Assembly: GCA_965198945.1 (NCBI GenBank)
Contig: CBDAQI010000013.1
Location: 62,428 to 126,427 of the forward strand
Source of the DNA: Thermodesulfobacteriota bacterium
GTDB taxonomy: Bacteria; Desulfobacterota_D; UBA1144; Nemesobacterales; Mycalebacteriaceae
DNA: 64,000 nucleotides
Reading direction: 5' to 3'
This document shows positions 10,179 through 20,995 of the stretch, piece after piece. Position 1 is the first letter of the stretch; each line of letters opens with the position of its first letter. The notes under the pieces are model-generated. The model worked only from the letters and a program-made list of their open reading frames with translations. It was not told the DNA's origin and searched no databases. Made by a program: the position numbers and the translations under genes.

Positions 10179-10853
10179 TTATCCTGAGTGCCCTGTTATA
10201 TGCACCCACAACGGTATCACCAAAAATCCCACGGACAGGATGACCGCTGTGAAATACCCCGCCGCTTTCACAAAAGGCATGTATTTTTTATTGACCGCGC
10301 CTACGGACTGAAACGCGCTCCAGTATCCGTGACGCAAATGAAAGCCGAGAAAAACCATAACTGCCGTGTAAATGGCGACATTGATATGGCTTCTGAAAAA
10401 GTCGTAGACAAGCGCGTGTAGATCTCTTGATATCTCTCCGTTGATAACGGTTTCATAGCCCTCTGCGATACCGGGACCGAAACGGAAAGTTTTTACATGC
10501 CAGATTGTAAAAACCAGAAGAATAATTCCCGTGTAAATCATGTTTCTTGAAGCTCTCGGACTTGTGGCCGAGGCCCTGCCTTTTGAATTTGCCACGTATT
10601 TTTTGTCTCGCGCTCTCCTGTTTGCGATTGTGACCGCAAGGGAGCTTATTATATGGGCCGCAAACAGAACAACCAGAGATATTTCAAGTGCGGTGAGAAG
10701 CCACCCAAGGTCATGGAGATACTTTGCATATGAATTAAACAGAGCCGGTCCGTTACTGAAAAGTGTTAGGTTGCCCGCGAGATGAAATATGAGAAACGAT
10801 ATAAGACCTATGCCCGTAAGAGCATTTAAGATTTTCTTCAAGACCGATGACAT
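10179..10853 (-). CDS. sdhC: Succinate dehydrogenase cytochrome b membrane anchor, single-subunit type-B class
   Basis: 224 aa with about 5 predicted TM helices and conserved His residues. Sits immediately upstream of sdhA with no separate sdhD. Confidence 0.75.
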   Translation of the reverse strand: MSSVLKKILNALTGIGLISFLIFHLAGNLTLFSNGPALFNSYAKYLHDLGWLLTALEISLVVLFAAHIISSLAVTIANRRARDKKYVANSKGRASATSPRASRNMIYTGIILLVFTIWHVKTFRFGPGIAEGYETVINGEISRDLHALVYDFFRSHINVAIYTAVMVFLGFHLRHGYWSAFQSVGAVNKKYMPFVKAAGYFTAVILSVGFLVIPLWVHITGHSG

Positions 10854-10856
10854 TTT

Positions 10857-11795
10857 TCAGTCCCTGATGGAGTCTATTTTTTCACAAAGTTCCTTTACTC
10901 TTGATGAGGAAAGGAGAAGTTCCCGAGACTCTTTTTCCGCAAGTTCAATCTCAACAATTTCCTCAACTCCCCCGGCTCCAAGTTTGACCGGCAGACCCGC
11001 AAAAATTCCGTCAATTCCGTATTCTCCCTCGGCGAGCACACAACAGGGGAGTATCTGTTTTTTGTCTTTTATTATCGCTTCGGCCATCAATGCGGCCGCC
11101 GCCCCCGGCGCGTAGAAGGCGCTTCCAGTTTTAAGCAGTGAAACTATTTCCGCTCCGCCTTTGCGGGTTCGCTCTATCAGAGCGTCTATTTTTTCCTGCG
11201 GAAGAAGGTCGTTAAGGGGGATGCCTGAAACCGTTGTATACCGGGCGAGCGGAACCATGTCGTCTCCGTGTCCTCCGAGCACAAACGCTTCTATGTTCTC
11301 AACTGAGACATCAAGCTCGGACGCTATGAAAGTTTTGAAACGTGCGGAATCAAGAACGCCCGCCATTCCCATAACCCGCCGTTTTGGAAAGCCGCTTGTT
11401 TTGTAAGCCGTATAGACCATTGCATCAAGCGGGTTTGTTACAAGAATCAAAATGGCTTCAGGAGATTTTTCGGCAACCTGTCTGACCACCTGGCGGACAA
11501 TTTTTGTGTTTGTGGCGAGCAGGTCATCTCTGCTCATGCCCGGTTTTCTCGCAATGCCGGAAGTGATAATCACTATGTCTGAATTTTCGGTCTCATCGTA
11601 TCCGTTGCTTCCGCGAACTTTTACATTAATTCCGAGCGCCGCACACATTTGCGCCATGTCAAGCGCTTTGCCCTGCGGCATATCTTCAAGAATATCAACT
11701 ATTATAACATCGCCGATTTCAAGCTCGGCCACTCTGAGTGCGGCGGTTGCTCCCACATTGCCTCCGCCTATTATGGAAATTTTAGGTCTTGCCAT
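10857..11795 (-). CDS. mdh: Malate dehydrogenase, LDH-like NAD-dependent
   Basis: 312 aa. N-terminal Rossmann GGGNVG, catalytic region …LDSARF…, LDH/MDH family. Confidence 0.9.
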   Translation of the reverse strand: MARPKISIIGGGNVGATAALRVAELEIGDVIIVDILEDMPQGKALDMAQMCAALGINVKVRGSNGYDETENSDIVIITSGIARKPGMSRDDLLATNTKIVRQVVRQVAEKSPEAILILVTNPLDAMVYTAYKTSGFPKRRVMGMAGVLDSARFKTFIASELDVSVENIEAFVLGGHGDDMVPLARYTTVSGIPLNDLLPQEKIDALIERTRKGGAEIVSLLKTGSAFYAPGAAAALMAEAIIKDKKQILPCCVLAEGEYGIDGIFAGLPVKLGAGGVEEIVEIELAEKESRELLLSSSRVKELCEKIDSIRD

Positions 11796-11807
11796 TTCCT
11801 TTCCCTT

Positions 11808-13181
11808 TTACATGTTCTCAACTATGGCATTTCCAAACTCGCTGCATTTCAGAAGGGTGGCTCCTTCCATGAGACGCTCAAAGTCATAAGTTACGGTTTT
11901 ATTCCTGATTGATTCCGCAATTCCCTTTTCAATAAGGTCGGCGGCTTCATCCCATCCCATATGGCGGAACATCATAACGCCCGAAAGAATTACGGAACTC
12001 GGATTCACTTTGTCCTGTCCGGCATATTTGGGAGCAGTCCCGTGAGTCGCCTCAAAGATTCCGTGCCCCGTTTCATAGTTTATGTTGGCTCCGGGAGCTA
12101 TTCCTATGCCTCCCACCTGTGCGGCGAGAGCGTCTGACAGGTAGTCTCCGTTAAGATTCATTGTGGCTATTACATCAAACTCTTTGGCTCTTGTGAGAAC
12201 CTGCTGAAGAGTGATGTCGGCGATTGTGTCTTTGACCATAAGCTTTTCTTTGTATTTTCCGCCGCCGTGCGAATCGTAAATTGATTTAACAACACTCTCC
12301 ACCTCAGCGCACAAATCAGCCTTTTGTGACTCGGTCATCATGTCATATCCCGGATCTATCTTCTTTGCATTTTCTTCAGTGCTTATTTCCGTCTTTCTGT
12401 CCTTGTTATCCAGAATCCAGCTCTCTCTCTCGGTTATGGTTTGAGTGCGGAATTCGGAAGTGGCAACCTCAAATCCCCAGTCTTTGAAAGCCCCTTCGGT
12501 AAACTTCATTATATTGCCCTTGTGAACAAAACAAACGCTTCTGCGTCCCTGTTCCAGAGCGTAGCGTATTGCCGCACGCACAAGCCGGGAGGTTCCCTCC
12601 CTTGAGACAGGTTTGATTCCTATTCCCGAAGTTTCGGGAAAACGGATTTTTTGCACTCCCATTTCATCCCGCATAAAGGCTATTATCTTTTTTGCTTCGG
12701 GGGTTTCCGCTTTCCATTCAATTCCGGCGTATATGTCTTCGGAGTTTTCACGGAAAATCACCATGTCAACGTCTTGTGGTTTTTTAACCGGACTGGGTAC
12801 GCCCTCATACCACCTCACGGGCCTCAGACAGACATACAGGTCAAGTATTTGTCTCAAAGCTACGTTAAGGCTTCTTATTCCTCCGCCTATGGGAGTTGTG
12901 AGAGGGCCTTTGATCCCGACAAGGTATTTCCTGAAGTTTTCAATTGTTTCTTCCGGCAACCAGTTTCCAGTTTCATTGAAGGCCTTTTCTCCGGCAAGCA
13001 CTTCAAGCCAGTCAATTTTCCTTCTTCCGCCATATGCTTTTTCAACGGCGGAATCAAACACATTTTGTGAAGACTTCCATATATCGGGTCCCGTTCCGTC
13101 ACCTTCAATAAAAGGGATGACTGGGTTGTCGGGCACTTCAAGCTTGTCGTTTCTGATTGTTATTTTTTGTCCTTCCGGCAT
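11808..13181 (-). CDS. icd: Isocitrate dehydrogenase (NADP-dependent, prokaryotic dimeric type with an insertion)
   Basis: 457 aa. Isocitrate/isopropylmalate dehydrogenase family motifs (…GDGTGPDIW…, …[26 protein letters not shown]…). Confidence 0.9.
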   Translation of the reverse strand: MPEGQKITIRNDKLEVPDNPVIPFIEGDGTGPDIWKSSQNVFDSAVEKAYGGRRKIDWLEVLAGEKAFNETGNWLPEETIENFRKYLVGIKGPLTTPIGGGIRSLNVALRQILDLYVCLRPVRWYEGVPSPVKKPQDVDMVIFRENSEDIYAGIEWKAETPEAKKIIAFMRDEMGVQKIRFPETSGIGIKPVSREGTSRLVRAAIRYALEQGRRSVCFVHKGNIMKFTEGAFKDWGFEVATSEFRTQTITERESWILDNKDRKTEISTEENAKKIDPGYDMMTESQKADLCAEVESVVKSIYDSHGGGKYKEKLMVKDTIADITLQQVLTRAKEFDVIATMNLNGDYLSDALAAQVGGIGIAPGANINYETGHGIFEATHGTAPKYAGQDKVNPSSVILSGVMMFRHMGWDEAADLIEKGIAESIRNKTVTYDFERLMEGATLLKCSEFGNAIVENM

Positions 13182-13240
13182 TGGCTGACTCCTTAAAATC
13201 TTGAAAAGTTCTGTGGTATCCGGGCTTATCCCCGGCTGTG

Positions 13241-13273
13241 GGAATAATAATTGCGTAAAGTTTTATTGTCAAC
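13241..13273 (-). promoter_or_regulatory. Strong sigma70-like promoter for icd: TTGACA, 17 nt, TATTAT on the minus strand
   Basis: Minus strand reads TTGACAataaaactttacgcaatTATTAT about 60 nt upstream of the icd start. Confidence 0.45.
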
Positions 13274-13314
13274 GGTGGGAAGGTGTTTTTGCTTCCGGAC
13301 TTGCCTCCGGCGGC

Positions 13315-14172
13315 TCAAAAATCAACCTGTTTCAGTTCCCAGTAAGCTTTTGAGTCTTTCAGGTTTTCGTTTTCAAGGAGCAGGTCTATTGCTTTTCTTC
13401 CGTTTTTATCAGTCTTGTTAGGATCCGCCCCGTTTTTTATCAACGCCACAACAACTTCGGGGTTTTTGTTGTTCCATGCGGCTTTTATGAGAGAGGTTCT
13501 CCCGTCAAATCCCGTCATGTTGACATCGGCTCCGTTCCGCGCAAGGGAGAGTATTACTTTTTCATTTTCATTGTTCCAAGCCGCTTTCATAAGAGCCGTT
13601 TCACCGTTGATGTCCACGGTGTTTATATCCGCCCCGTTTTCTATGAGGGCGTCCGTTACCTTTTCATTGTTGTTCCACGCCGCGAACATAAGAGGGGTTT
13701 CCCCATATGGAGTCTTGGCGTTTACTTTCGCTCCGTTGTTTATCAAAGTGAGAATAACTTCGGGGTTTTCATTTTTTTCGGCCGCCACCATTAAAGGAGT
13801 TTTGCCTTTTTTATTTCTTGCATTTACATCCGCGCCATTATTTATAAGAGTGAGCAAACTTTCCGTATCTTTTCTGGCTGAAGCGGCAATAATAATGGGA
13901 GAGTCTCCGCGGTCGTCCCTTGCGTTTACATCCGCCCCGTTTTCTATGGCTTTTTCCAGCTGGCGGTTGGACGCGCTTTGAATGAAAGCCCTATCTGTAA
14001 GACTGTTACTGTTTGTGCCCCTTGGAAAAAATATAACTCCAATAGCTGTCAGACATATTACCGCAAAAGATATGAGGGCTACTATTTTGAAATTTGATTT
14101 CTTTTTGAGGTCCCATCGTACGGGAAATGGTTCATAGTATTTTCCCAGATTATCTTTTTTCTTCCAGACCAT
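13315..14172 (-). CDS. Ankyrin-repeat protein with an N-terminal membrane anchor or signal sequence
   Basis: 285 aa. Hydrophobic N-terminal segment (KIVALISFAVICLTAIGVIFF), then about 6 ankyrin repeats (…GADVNARD…TPLM.AA…NG A.VNA…). Confidence 0.8.
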   Translation of the reverse strand: MVWKKKDNLGKYYEPFPVRWDLKKKSNFKIVALISFAVICLTAIGVIFFPRGTNSNSLTDRAFIQSASNRQLEKAIENGADVNARDDRGDSPIIIAASARKDTESLLTLINNGADVNARNKKGKTPLMVAAEKNENPEVILTLINNGAKVNAKTPYGETPLMFAAWNNNEKVTDALIENGADINTVDINGETALMKAAWNNENEKVILSLARNGADVNMTGFDGRTSLIKAAWNNKNPEVVVALIKNGADPNKTDKNGRKAIDLLLENENLKDSKAYWELKQVDF

Positions 14173-14242
14173 TGTGTGCCCCGCTATAGTATATCAGCCG
14201 CTTGAATTGGTTTGCAGGCGCATAAATTAACAGATATGAAAT

Positions 14243-16957
14243 TCAAAGACAATCAGTTTCTAACATCTGACGCATTACCGTCTGAAGAATTCCTCCGTTT
14301 TTGTAGTATTCAACTTCAACCGGGCTGTCCAGACGGCAGATTGCGGTAAAAACTTTTCCTTCTTCTTTTCCCTGCACTTTGATTGTTACTTCCGCTCCGG
14401 GTGATATGTTTTCTGACAGCCCCCCGACTGAAAAAGTTTCAAAACCGCTCAATGAAAGAGTTTCGGCATTTTCACCTTCCCGGAACTGCAGGGGTAAAAC
14501 CCCCATCCCGACAAGATTGCTGCGGTGAATTCTTTCATAACTTTCCGCAATTACACATTGAATTCCGAGCAGAGCCGTTCCTTTTGCCGCCCAGTCTCGT
14601 GAACTGCCGGTTCCGTATTCCTTGCCGGCGATAATTATCAGCGGGGTTTCTTCCCGCATATATCTTTCCGCCGCGTCATAAATTGCCATTTTTTCCCCTG
14701 ACGGCAAGTGAACGGTAACCCCCCCTTCGGTGCCGGGAATCATAAGGTTTCTTATTCTTATATTGGAAAAAGTTCCTCTTACCATAACTTCATGATTGCC
14801 GCGCCGCGCTCCAAAGCTGTTGAAGTCTTTTTGTTCCAAGCCCTTTGAAATCAGATATTTCCCGGCCGGCCCTTCCGGTTGTATCACACCCGCGGGCGAG
14901 ATGTGGTCTGTAGTCACAGAGTCTCCCAGGACCGCGAGCGCTCTTGCTCTTTCAATGTTGTGACAAATTTCTTTTTCTTTTCCGCCGTTTGTATGAAAGT
15001 TTTCAAAAAAGGGAGGGTTTTGTATGTAAGTGGAATTTTCATCCCAGTTGTAAAGAGGGCTTTGGGAAGCCGAAAGTTCCGTCCACATATCGTCTCCGTC
15101 AAAAACTCCCGCATACTGATTTTTAAACATGTCCGGGCTGATTGTTTCGGAAACGGTTTTCTTTATCTCATCCTGGCTCGGCCATATATCTTTCAGATAA
15201 ACATCGTTTCCGTTTTCGCTTTTGCCGATCGGTGAGGAAAGAATGTCTTTATTCACCGTTCCGGCAAGGGCAAAAGCCACTACGAGAGGCGGAGAAGCAA
15301 GATATGAGAATTTGACAAGAGGATGAATTCTGCCCTGAAAATTTCTGTTGCCGCTCAAAACCGATGCGCAGGTGAGATTGCCCCTCCTGATTCCTTCTTC
15401 AACCTTTTCCGGAAGCGGCCCGCTGTTGCCTATGCAGGTTGTGCACCCGTATCCGACAAGGTTGAAGCCGAGTTTTTCAAGTGGTTCAAGAAGCCCGGAG
15501 GCCGACAGATATTCCGTAACCACCCTTGAACCAGGAGCAAGGCTCGTTTTTACATATGGCTTAACACTGAGCCCCTTTTCAACCGCTTTTTGCGCAACCA
15601 GGCCCGCCGCTACCATTACGGAGGGATTTGAGGTGTTTGTGCAACTTGTGATTGCCGCAATTACGACTGAGCCGTCTGCAATTTCAATGTTTTGCCCTCT
15701 TACTTCAATGCTCGCTTTTCCTTTGCCGCCGCCGTCGGTTTTTTTTTCAATGCTTTTTTCATAAGACCGCTTCAGATTTTGGAGCGCGATTCTGTCCTGG
15801 GGTCTGTCCGGCCCCGCCACCGAAGGCACAACGGCGGCAATATCAAGTTCAAGTGTGTCAGTGTATTCCGGTTCTTGTCCGGAATGCCTGAAAATTTTCT
15901 GCTCAGTCGCATATTTTTCAATAAGCTCCGAGAGATTTTCTCTGCCGGTTGAGTTTATGTATCTCAATGTTTCCGAATCGGTTGGGAAAAATCCCATTGT
16001 TGCTCCGTATTCGGGCGCCATATTTGCTATTGTTGCTCTGTCAGAAAGCGCGAGTTTTGAGAGACCGTCTCCGTAAAATTCAACAAATTTCCCCACCACT
16101 CCTTTCTTTCTAAGCATTTCCGTAACGGTAAGAACCACGTCTGTCGCCGTAATTCCGTTTGACGGCTCTCCGGTGATTTTAAAGCCTATTACTTCGGGTG
16201 TCAGCATATAAAGAGGCTGGCCGAGCATGCATGCCTCAGCCTCTATTCCGCCCACACCCCATCCGACCACGCTCAGTCCGTTTATCATTGTGGTGTGGGA
16301 ATCCGTGCCGACCAGAGTGTCCGGGTAGGCCAGAGTTTTTCCGCCTCTTTCTTCCGAAGAAACAACGCTTGCAAAATATTCAAGATTGACCTGATGCACG
16401 ATTCCGGTGCCCGGAGGAACAACCCTGAAATTGTCAAAGGAATTCTGGGCCCATTTGAGAAACCTGTAGCGCTCACCATTTCTTTCATATTCAAGTTCAA
16501 CATTTTTTGAAAAAGAATCTACGCTTGAAAAGAAGTCAACCTGTATGGAATGGTCTATAACCAGATCAACCGGAACCAGAGGGTTGATGCGCGAATAATC
16601 CGCTCCTTCAACACGATTGACCGCCGTCCGCATGGAAGCAAGGTCCGCCACGCAGGGGACACCGGTAAAATCCTGCAGAATCACTCTTGCGGGCTTATAG
16701 GGGATTTCCCGGGGGCTTTTCCCTCCGCTCCAGTCAACCAGAGAGCGCACATGATCTTCGGTGACGGTTTTCCCGTCATAATTTCTCAGGGCGTTTTCCA
16801 GGAGAATTTTGATGGAGAACGGAAGTTTGCCGATTTCTTTTCCCAGGCTTTCCTCAAGTTTGCGCAATGAGTATATGGAATAGCGTTTGCCGCCCGCTTC
16901 CATTTCTTTTAGGGCTTGGAATTTATCCTGAATTTTTTTGTCCTGTGAATCTATCAC
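14243..16957 (-). CDS. acnA: Aconitate hydratase A
   Basis: 904 aa. Aconitase family with Fe-S ligand Cys motifs (…SCTNTSNP…, …CIGNSG…) and a swivel domain. Confidence 0.95.
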   Translation of the reverse strand: MIDSQDKKIQDKFQALKEMEAGGKRYSIYSLRKLEESLGKEIGKLPFSIKILLENALRNYDGKTVTEDHVRSLVDWSGGKSPREIPYKPARVILQDFTGVPCVADLASMRTAVNRVEGADYSRINPLVPVDLVIDHSIQVDFFSSVDSFSKNVELEYERNGERYRFLKWAQNSFDNFRVVPPGTGIVHQVNLEYFASVVSSEERGGKTLAYPDTLVGTDSHTTMINGLSVVGWGVGGIEAEACMLGQPLYMLTPEVIGFKITGEPSNGITATDVVLTVTEMLRKKGVVGKFVEFYGDGLSKLALSDRATIANMAPEYGATMGFFPTDSETLRYINSTGRENLSELIEKYATEQKIFRHSGQEPEYTDTLELDIAAVVPSVAGPDRPQDRIALQNLKRSYEKSIEKKTDGGGKGKASIEVRGQNIEIADGSVVIAAITSCTNTSNPSVMVAAGLVAQKAVEKGLSVKPYVKTSLAPGSRVVTEYLSASGLLEPLEKLGFNLVGYGCTTCIGNSGPLPEKVEEGIRRGNLTCASVLSGNRNFQGRIHPLVKFSYLASPPLVVAFALAGTVNKDILSSPIGKSENGNDVYLKDIWPSQDEIKKTVSETISPDMFKNQYAGVFDGDDMWTELSASQSPLYNWDENSTYIQNPPFFENFHTNGGKEKEICHNIERARALAVLGDSVTTDHISPAGVIQPEGPAGKYLISKGLEQKDFNSFGARRGNHEVMVRGTFSNIRIRNLMIPGTEGGVTVHLPSGEKMAIYDAAERYMREETPLIIIAGKEYGTGSSRDWAAKGTALLGIQCVIAESYERIHRSNLVGMGVLPLQFREGENAETLSLSGFETFSVGGLSENISPGAEVTIKVQGKEEGKVFTAICRLDSPVEVEYYKNGGILQTVMRQMLETDCL

Positions 16958-18189
16958 TAATCAATCCTCCCCAAAGCAATTACGGAATTGGTTCCGCCGA
17001 ATCCGTAGGAATTTGTAAGAACGGTTTTAAGTTTTGTGTCTCTCGCTTCATTGGGCACATAATCAAGGTCGCATTCGGGGTCTCTGTTAAAAAAATTTAT
17101 TGTCGGCGGAACCACCGAGTGCTTTATCGCCAGGGCACACAGAGACGCTTCGACAGTTCCGATTGCTCCCAGCATATGACCCGTCATTGATTTTGTGGAG
17201 CTGACAGGAATATCATAAGCCCTTTGCCCGAAAACATCCTTTATGGCGGCGGTTTCGTTTGAGTCATTCAGCTTTGTGGATGTGCCGTGCGCGTTTATGT
17301 AGTCAACATCCTCCGGATTGAGACCGGAGTTTTGAAGAGCCATTTTCATGCATCTGACCGGCCCGTCAAGAGAAGGCGCGGTTATATGGTGAGCATCTCC
17401 GCTCATTCCCGACCCCAGCACTTCCGCGTATATTACTGCTCCGCGCGCCTTTGCAAATTCAAGTTCTTCCAAAATCACAATTCCCGCACCTTCGGCGAGA
17501 ATAAAACCGTCTCTGTCCATTTCAAAAGGTCTTGAGGCGGTTTCCGGGTCATCGTTTCTTGTGGAAAGAGCTTTGATGACATTGAACCCGGCAACCGTCA
17601 GAGGAACAAGCGGAGCTTCGCTTCCTCCGGCTATCATTGCGTCCGCATCTCCGTTTCTGATGAGCATCGCTGCGAGAGAAAGAGAATGTCCGCTTGCCGC
17701 GCAGGCGGTTGTGGTGCTGCAGTTCGGGCCCCGCGCATTGAACTTTATGGAGGCGTATCCCGCCGCCATGTTTGTGACAACATTGGGAATAAAAAACGGC
17801 GACACTCTTCCGGGCCCTTTTTTATCAAGAGTCCTTACCATATCACAGTATGTTATTGTTCCGCCGATTCCCGATGCGATAATGGTTCCAACCCTCGGAG
17901 CCAGTTCATCGGTAATTTCAAGCCCCGAATCCTCAAGTGCGAGACTTGTTGAGGCAATCGCGTAGTGGATAAACAGATCATCCCTGCGAGCTTCACGGGC
18001 GGACATAAAATCCTCCGGGTTGAAGTCTGTGACCTCTCCCGCTATGCGTGTTTTATGTTCCGAAGTGTCAAATCTGCTTATCAACCCAACGCCGCTTTTT
18101 CCTGCGCAGATTCCTTCCCAGGTTTTTTTGTGTCCGATTCCGAGAGGTGTTATAAGGCCGATTCCGGTGATGACGACCCTACGACCCAT
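16957..18189 (-). CDS. fabF: 3-oxoacyl-ACP synthase II
   Basis: 410 aa. KAS active-site Cys (…ACASG…) and HGTST His motif. Confidence 0.95.
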   Translation of the reverse strand: MGRRVVITGIGLITPLGIGHKKTWEGICAGKSGVGLISRFDTSEHKTRIAGEVTDFNPEDFMSAREARRDDLFIHYAIASTSLALEDSGLEITDELAPRVGTIIASGIGGTITYCDMVRTLDKKGPGRVSPFFIPNVVTNMAAGYASIKFNARGPNCSTTTACAASGHSLSLAAMLIRNGDADAMIAGGSEAPLVPLTVAGFNVIKALSTRNDDPETASRPFEMDRDGFILAEGAGIVILEELEFAKARGAVIYAEVLGSGMSGDAHHITAPSLDGPVRCMKMALQNSGLNPEDVDYINAHGTSTKLNDSNETAAIKDVFGQRAYDIPVSSTKSMTGHMLGAIGTVEASLCALAIKHSVVPPTINFFNRDPECDLDYVPNEARDTKLKTVLTNSYGFGGTNSVIALGRID

Positions 18190-18439
18190 CTTCCTGTTTT
18201 TCCTTTATAAAATCAACCGCGTCCTGAACGGTAATGATTTTTTCAACATCTTCATCAAGAATTTCAATTCCAAACTCGTCTTCTATTGACATAACAAGCT
18301 CTACAAGATCAAGCGAATCCGCTCCCAGATCTTCAATGAATGACATCTCAGACTCAATTTCATCGGCGGATTTGCCGAATTGCTGAGCTATCATATCTTT
18401 GATTTTCCCCACCATTTCCGTTTCTTTTTCTTGAGACAT
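18179..18439 (-). CDS. acpP: Acyl carrier protein
   Basis: 86 aa with DLGADSLDLVELVM phosphopantetheine attachment motif. Confidence 0.9.
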   Translation of the reverse strand: MSQEKETEMVGKIKDMIAQQFGKSADEIESEMSFIEDLGADSLDLVELVMSIEDEFGIEILDEDVEKIITVQDAVDFIKEKQEDGS

Positions 18440-18484
18440 TGAGTTTCCTCCTTATTTGTTTTTTGTTTTTATATCTTTTGTCAG

Positions 18485-19237
18485 CTAAATGTAAAGTCCT
18501 CCGTTCACTTTTATGACTTCGCCCGTGATATAGGATGCGCCGTCGGACGCAAGGAAAACAACCACACCGGAAATATCCTTTGCCTGACCGTATCTGCCGA
18601 GAGGGATTGATTCAAGGTAGACGCGCTTCATTTCTTCCGGAATGGGAGCGGTTATATCGGTTTCTACGAATCCGGGACTTACGGCATTCACTGTTACTCC
18701 GCGGGATGCAAACTCTTTTGCGGCTGATTTTGTAAATCCTATTACACCGGCTTTTGCCGATGAATAGTTAATCTGTCCGGGATTTCCCATTTCTCCCACC
18801 ACGGAAGTTATATTGACTATCCTTCCGTATCTTTTGTTGAGCATGTCCCTTGCCACGGCTTTTGTGCAGTTGAAAACCCCTTTCAGGTTCGTGTTGTGAA
18901 CCTCGTCCCAGTCTTGCTCGTCCATTCTTAAAAACAGTTTGTCTTTTGTTATTCCCGCGTTATTGACAAGTATCTGAATTCCGTTTTTTTCTACAAATGG
19001 ATCCAGGTTTTCCCTGACCGCTTTGTAGTCCGAAACATCAAAGCCGATAATTTCTCCGCTGCCTCCGGTTTCTTTGATGTTCTCAAGAGTTTCCCGCGCC
19101 GCGTCCGGGTTTGAAACATAGTTCACTATTACATGACAGCCCTTAAGCGCAAGGTCTATGGCAGTTTGTCTTCCTATTCCCCTTGACGCGCCGGTAACGA
19201 GGGCGGTTTTATCTTTGAATTCTGCTGCGGAGCTCAT
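18485..19237 (-). CDS. fabG: 3-oxoacyl-ACP reductase
   Basis: 250 aa SDR. TGASRGIG, NNAG, Y-x3-K motifs. Confidence 0.9.
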   Translation of the reverse strand: MSSAAEFKDKTALVTGASRGIGRQTAIDLALKGCHVIVNYVSNPDAARETLENIKETGGSGEIIGFDVSDYKAVRENLDPFVEKNGIQILVNNAGITKDKLFLRMDEQDWDEVHNTNLKGVFNCTKAVARDMLNKRYGRIVNITSVVGEMGNPGQINYSSAKAGVIGFTKSAAKEFASRGVTVNAVSPGFVETDITAPIPEEMKRVYLESIPLGRYGQAKDISGVVVFLASDGASYITGEVIKVNGGLYI

Positions 19238-19242
19238 GTCCG

Positions 19243-20166
19243 TTAAATCCTATGCAAATGGTCTGCCATTTCAAGATTGCGGGTTTCACAGTTTTTTACT
19301 ATTCGCTTTATAAGCCCGCAGAGCGCTCTTCCGGGACCTATCTCAATAAACTTGTCAACCCCTTTTTCTTTCATGTATTCAACTGACTCAGACCACCTGA
19401 CGGGGCTTGTTATCTGCTCAAGCAGCAGGTGTTTCACCGTTTCGGGAGAAGTGTTTTCAACCGCCTCAAGATTGGTCACAACCGGAACCCTCATATCAGA
19501 CACCTTGATATTTTCAAAAATCTCCCCCAGTTTTTCCGCAGCCGGTTTCATCAGAGGGCAATGAAAAGGGGCGCTCACATTGAGCGGTACGGCTCTTTTC
19601 GCTCCATTTTCAACGGCAGCCCCGGACGCCTTTTCCACTTCGTCTGCGTCGCCTGAAATAACTGTCTGCTCCGGTGAGTTATAATTGGCTGGCCAGACAT
19701 TTCCGCCATCCTCTTTTCTTGAATAATCTTCGCATAGATGTTCAATTTTTTCTTTCTTCAAACCTATTATCGCCGCCATGGCTCCCTTGCCGGGCGGCAC
19801 CGCCTGTTGCATAAACTCGCCTCTTTTTCTGACAATCTTCACCGCGTCTGAAAACTCAAGCCCTCCGGCGGCCACAAGCGCCGAGTATTCTCCGAGACTG
19901 TGTCCGGCGACAAAATCGGGTTTTAATCCGGTTTCTTTTTCAAGGGCCGCAAGCGCGGCCGTGCTTGCGGTAAGAATTGCGGGCTGGGCGTTGGCGGTCA
20001 AACTCAAAGTCTCTTCATCCGAGTCAAAGCAAAGCTTTATCATATCTTCGCTCAGAGCGTCGCTTGCCTGCTCAAACACCGAACGCGCCTCGGGAAAATT
20101 GTCATAAAAATCTTTTCCCATTCCAATACTTTGTGAACCCTGTCCGGGGAAAACAAAAGCTGTCAT
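19243..20166 (-). CDS. fabD: Malonyl CoA-ACP transacylase
   Basis: 307 aa. GHSLGE active-site motif. Confidence 0.9.
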   Translation of the reverse strand: MTAFVFPGQGSQSIGMGKDFYDNFPEARSVFEQASDALSEDMIKLCFDSDEETLSLTANAQPAILTASTAALAALEKETGLKPDFVAGHSLGEYSALVAAGGLEFSDAVKIVRKRGEFMQQAVPPGKGAMAAIIGLKKEKIEHLCEDYSRKEDGGNVWPANYNSPEQTVISGDADEVEKASGAAVENGAKRAVPLNVSAPFHCPLMKPAAEKLGEIFENIKVSDMRVPVVTNLEAVENTSPETVKHLLLEQITSPVRWSESVEYMKEKGVDKFIEIGPGRALCGLIKRIVKNCETRNLEMADHLHRI

Positions 20167-20217
20167 CTTATGTGTCCGTAAAGAAAACGGGAGGAAAATG
20201 TCTGCGGTGTATTTCCC

Positions 20218-20406
20218 TTAATCCTCTTCCTCTTCGGTTTTTATAAAGTTTCTGCCTTTGTAGTGGCCACAGTGCGGGCATGCTCTGTGAGGGTGCATTT
20301 TTTCATTGCACTCAGGGCACATTGAGGTTGCGGGACTTGCCGTTTTGTAATGTGTTCTTCTTTTTTTTGATTTGGAACTGGAAGTTTTTCTTTTTGGGAC
20401 AGCCAT
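20218..20406 (-). CDS. rpmF: 50S ribosomal protein L32. Real start is at the internal Met, MAVPKRK.
   Basis: MAVPKRKTS…CPECNEKMHPHRACPHCGHYKG. The upstream in-frame extension in the ORF track is not conserved. Confidence 0.9.
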   Translation of the reverse strand: MAVPKRKTSSSKSKKRRTHYKTASPATSMCPECNEKMHPHRACPHCGHYKGRNFIKTEEEED

Positions 20407-20915
20407 TATAGTTTTCTCCTTTTTTCTTCTGCCGGATTTGAAGCAAGGTTGATTTTTTTCAGCATACTGAATTTGGAAACGGTTTGGTTTGTCAGGCAAT
20501 TACAGATTTTTTCATTCAAATCCTCTCCGCATATCATGCAAAGCCCCTTGCAGTTTTCCGCACACACTGTCTTCTCCGGCATTGCCATCGCAACCTGTTC
20601 TCTCATATTGTCCGAGATGTCTATTTTGCTTTCACCCTTTCTGAGAGGAAGAAAGGAGAGGATTTGACGCCTGATACCGGTTTTTGCGGGCTTGACGCAT
20701 CTTGAACACGGACAGACAAGTTCAAATGACAATTCTCCGGAAACACAAACCTGACCGCCTATTTTTTCAATGCCCGCACTGAAAAAAACGGAGGAAAGCA
20801 ATTTTGTCTCGCTTCCGCTCTCAGACAGCTCTCTTATATTAGTGAGCCATTCTGCATTTTTTGAAACTTCAAAAAACAGGCGGTTATTTTCTATTTCTCC
20901 CATATGAAAAATCAT
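20406..20915 (-). CDS. yceD: YceD/DUF177 family protein (large-subunit rRNA accumulation protein)
   Basis: 169 aa with C-terminal CxxC pairs. Conserved position immediately upstream of rpmF. Confidence 0.7.
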   Translation of the reverse strand: MIFHMGEIENNRLFFEVSKNAEWLTNIRELSESGSETKLLSSVFFSAGIEKIGGQVCVSGELSFELVCPCSRCVKPAKTGIRRQILSFLPLRKGESKIDISDNMREQVAMAMPEKTVCAENCKGLCMICGEDLNEKICNCLTNQTVSKFSMLKKINLASNPAEEKRRKL

Positions 20916-20995
20916 TTTTATTGCTCGGCAGAAATGATTCAGGTCAAATATAAATGCCGGCCGGTGTTTTGTAAATCAAACCTTCGGGATTGATT

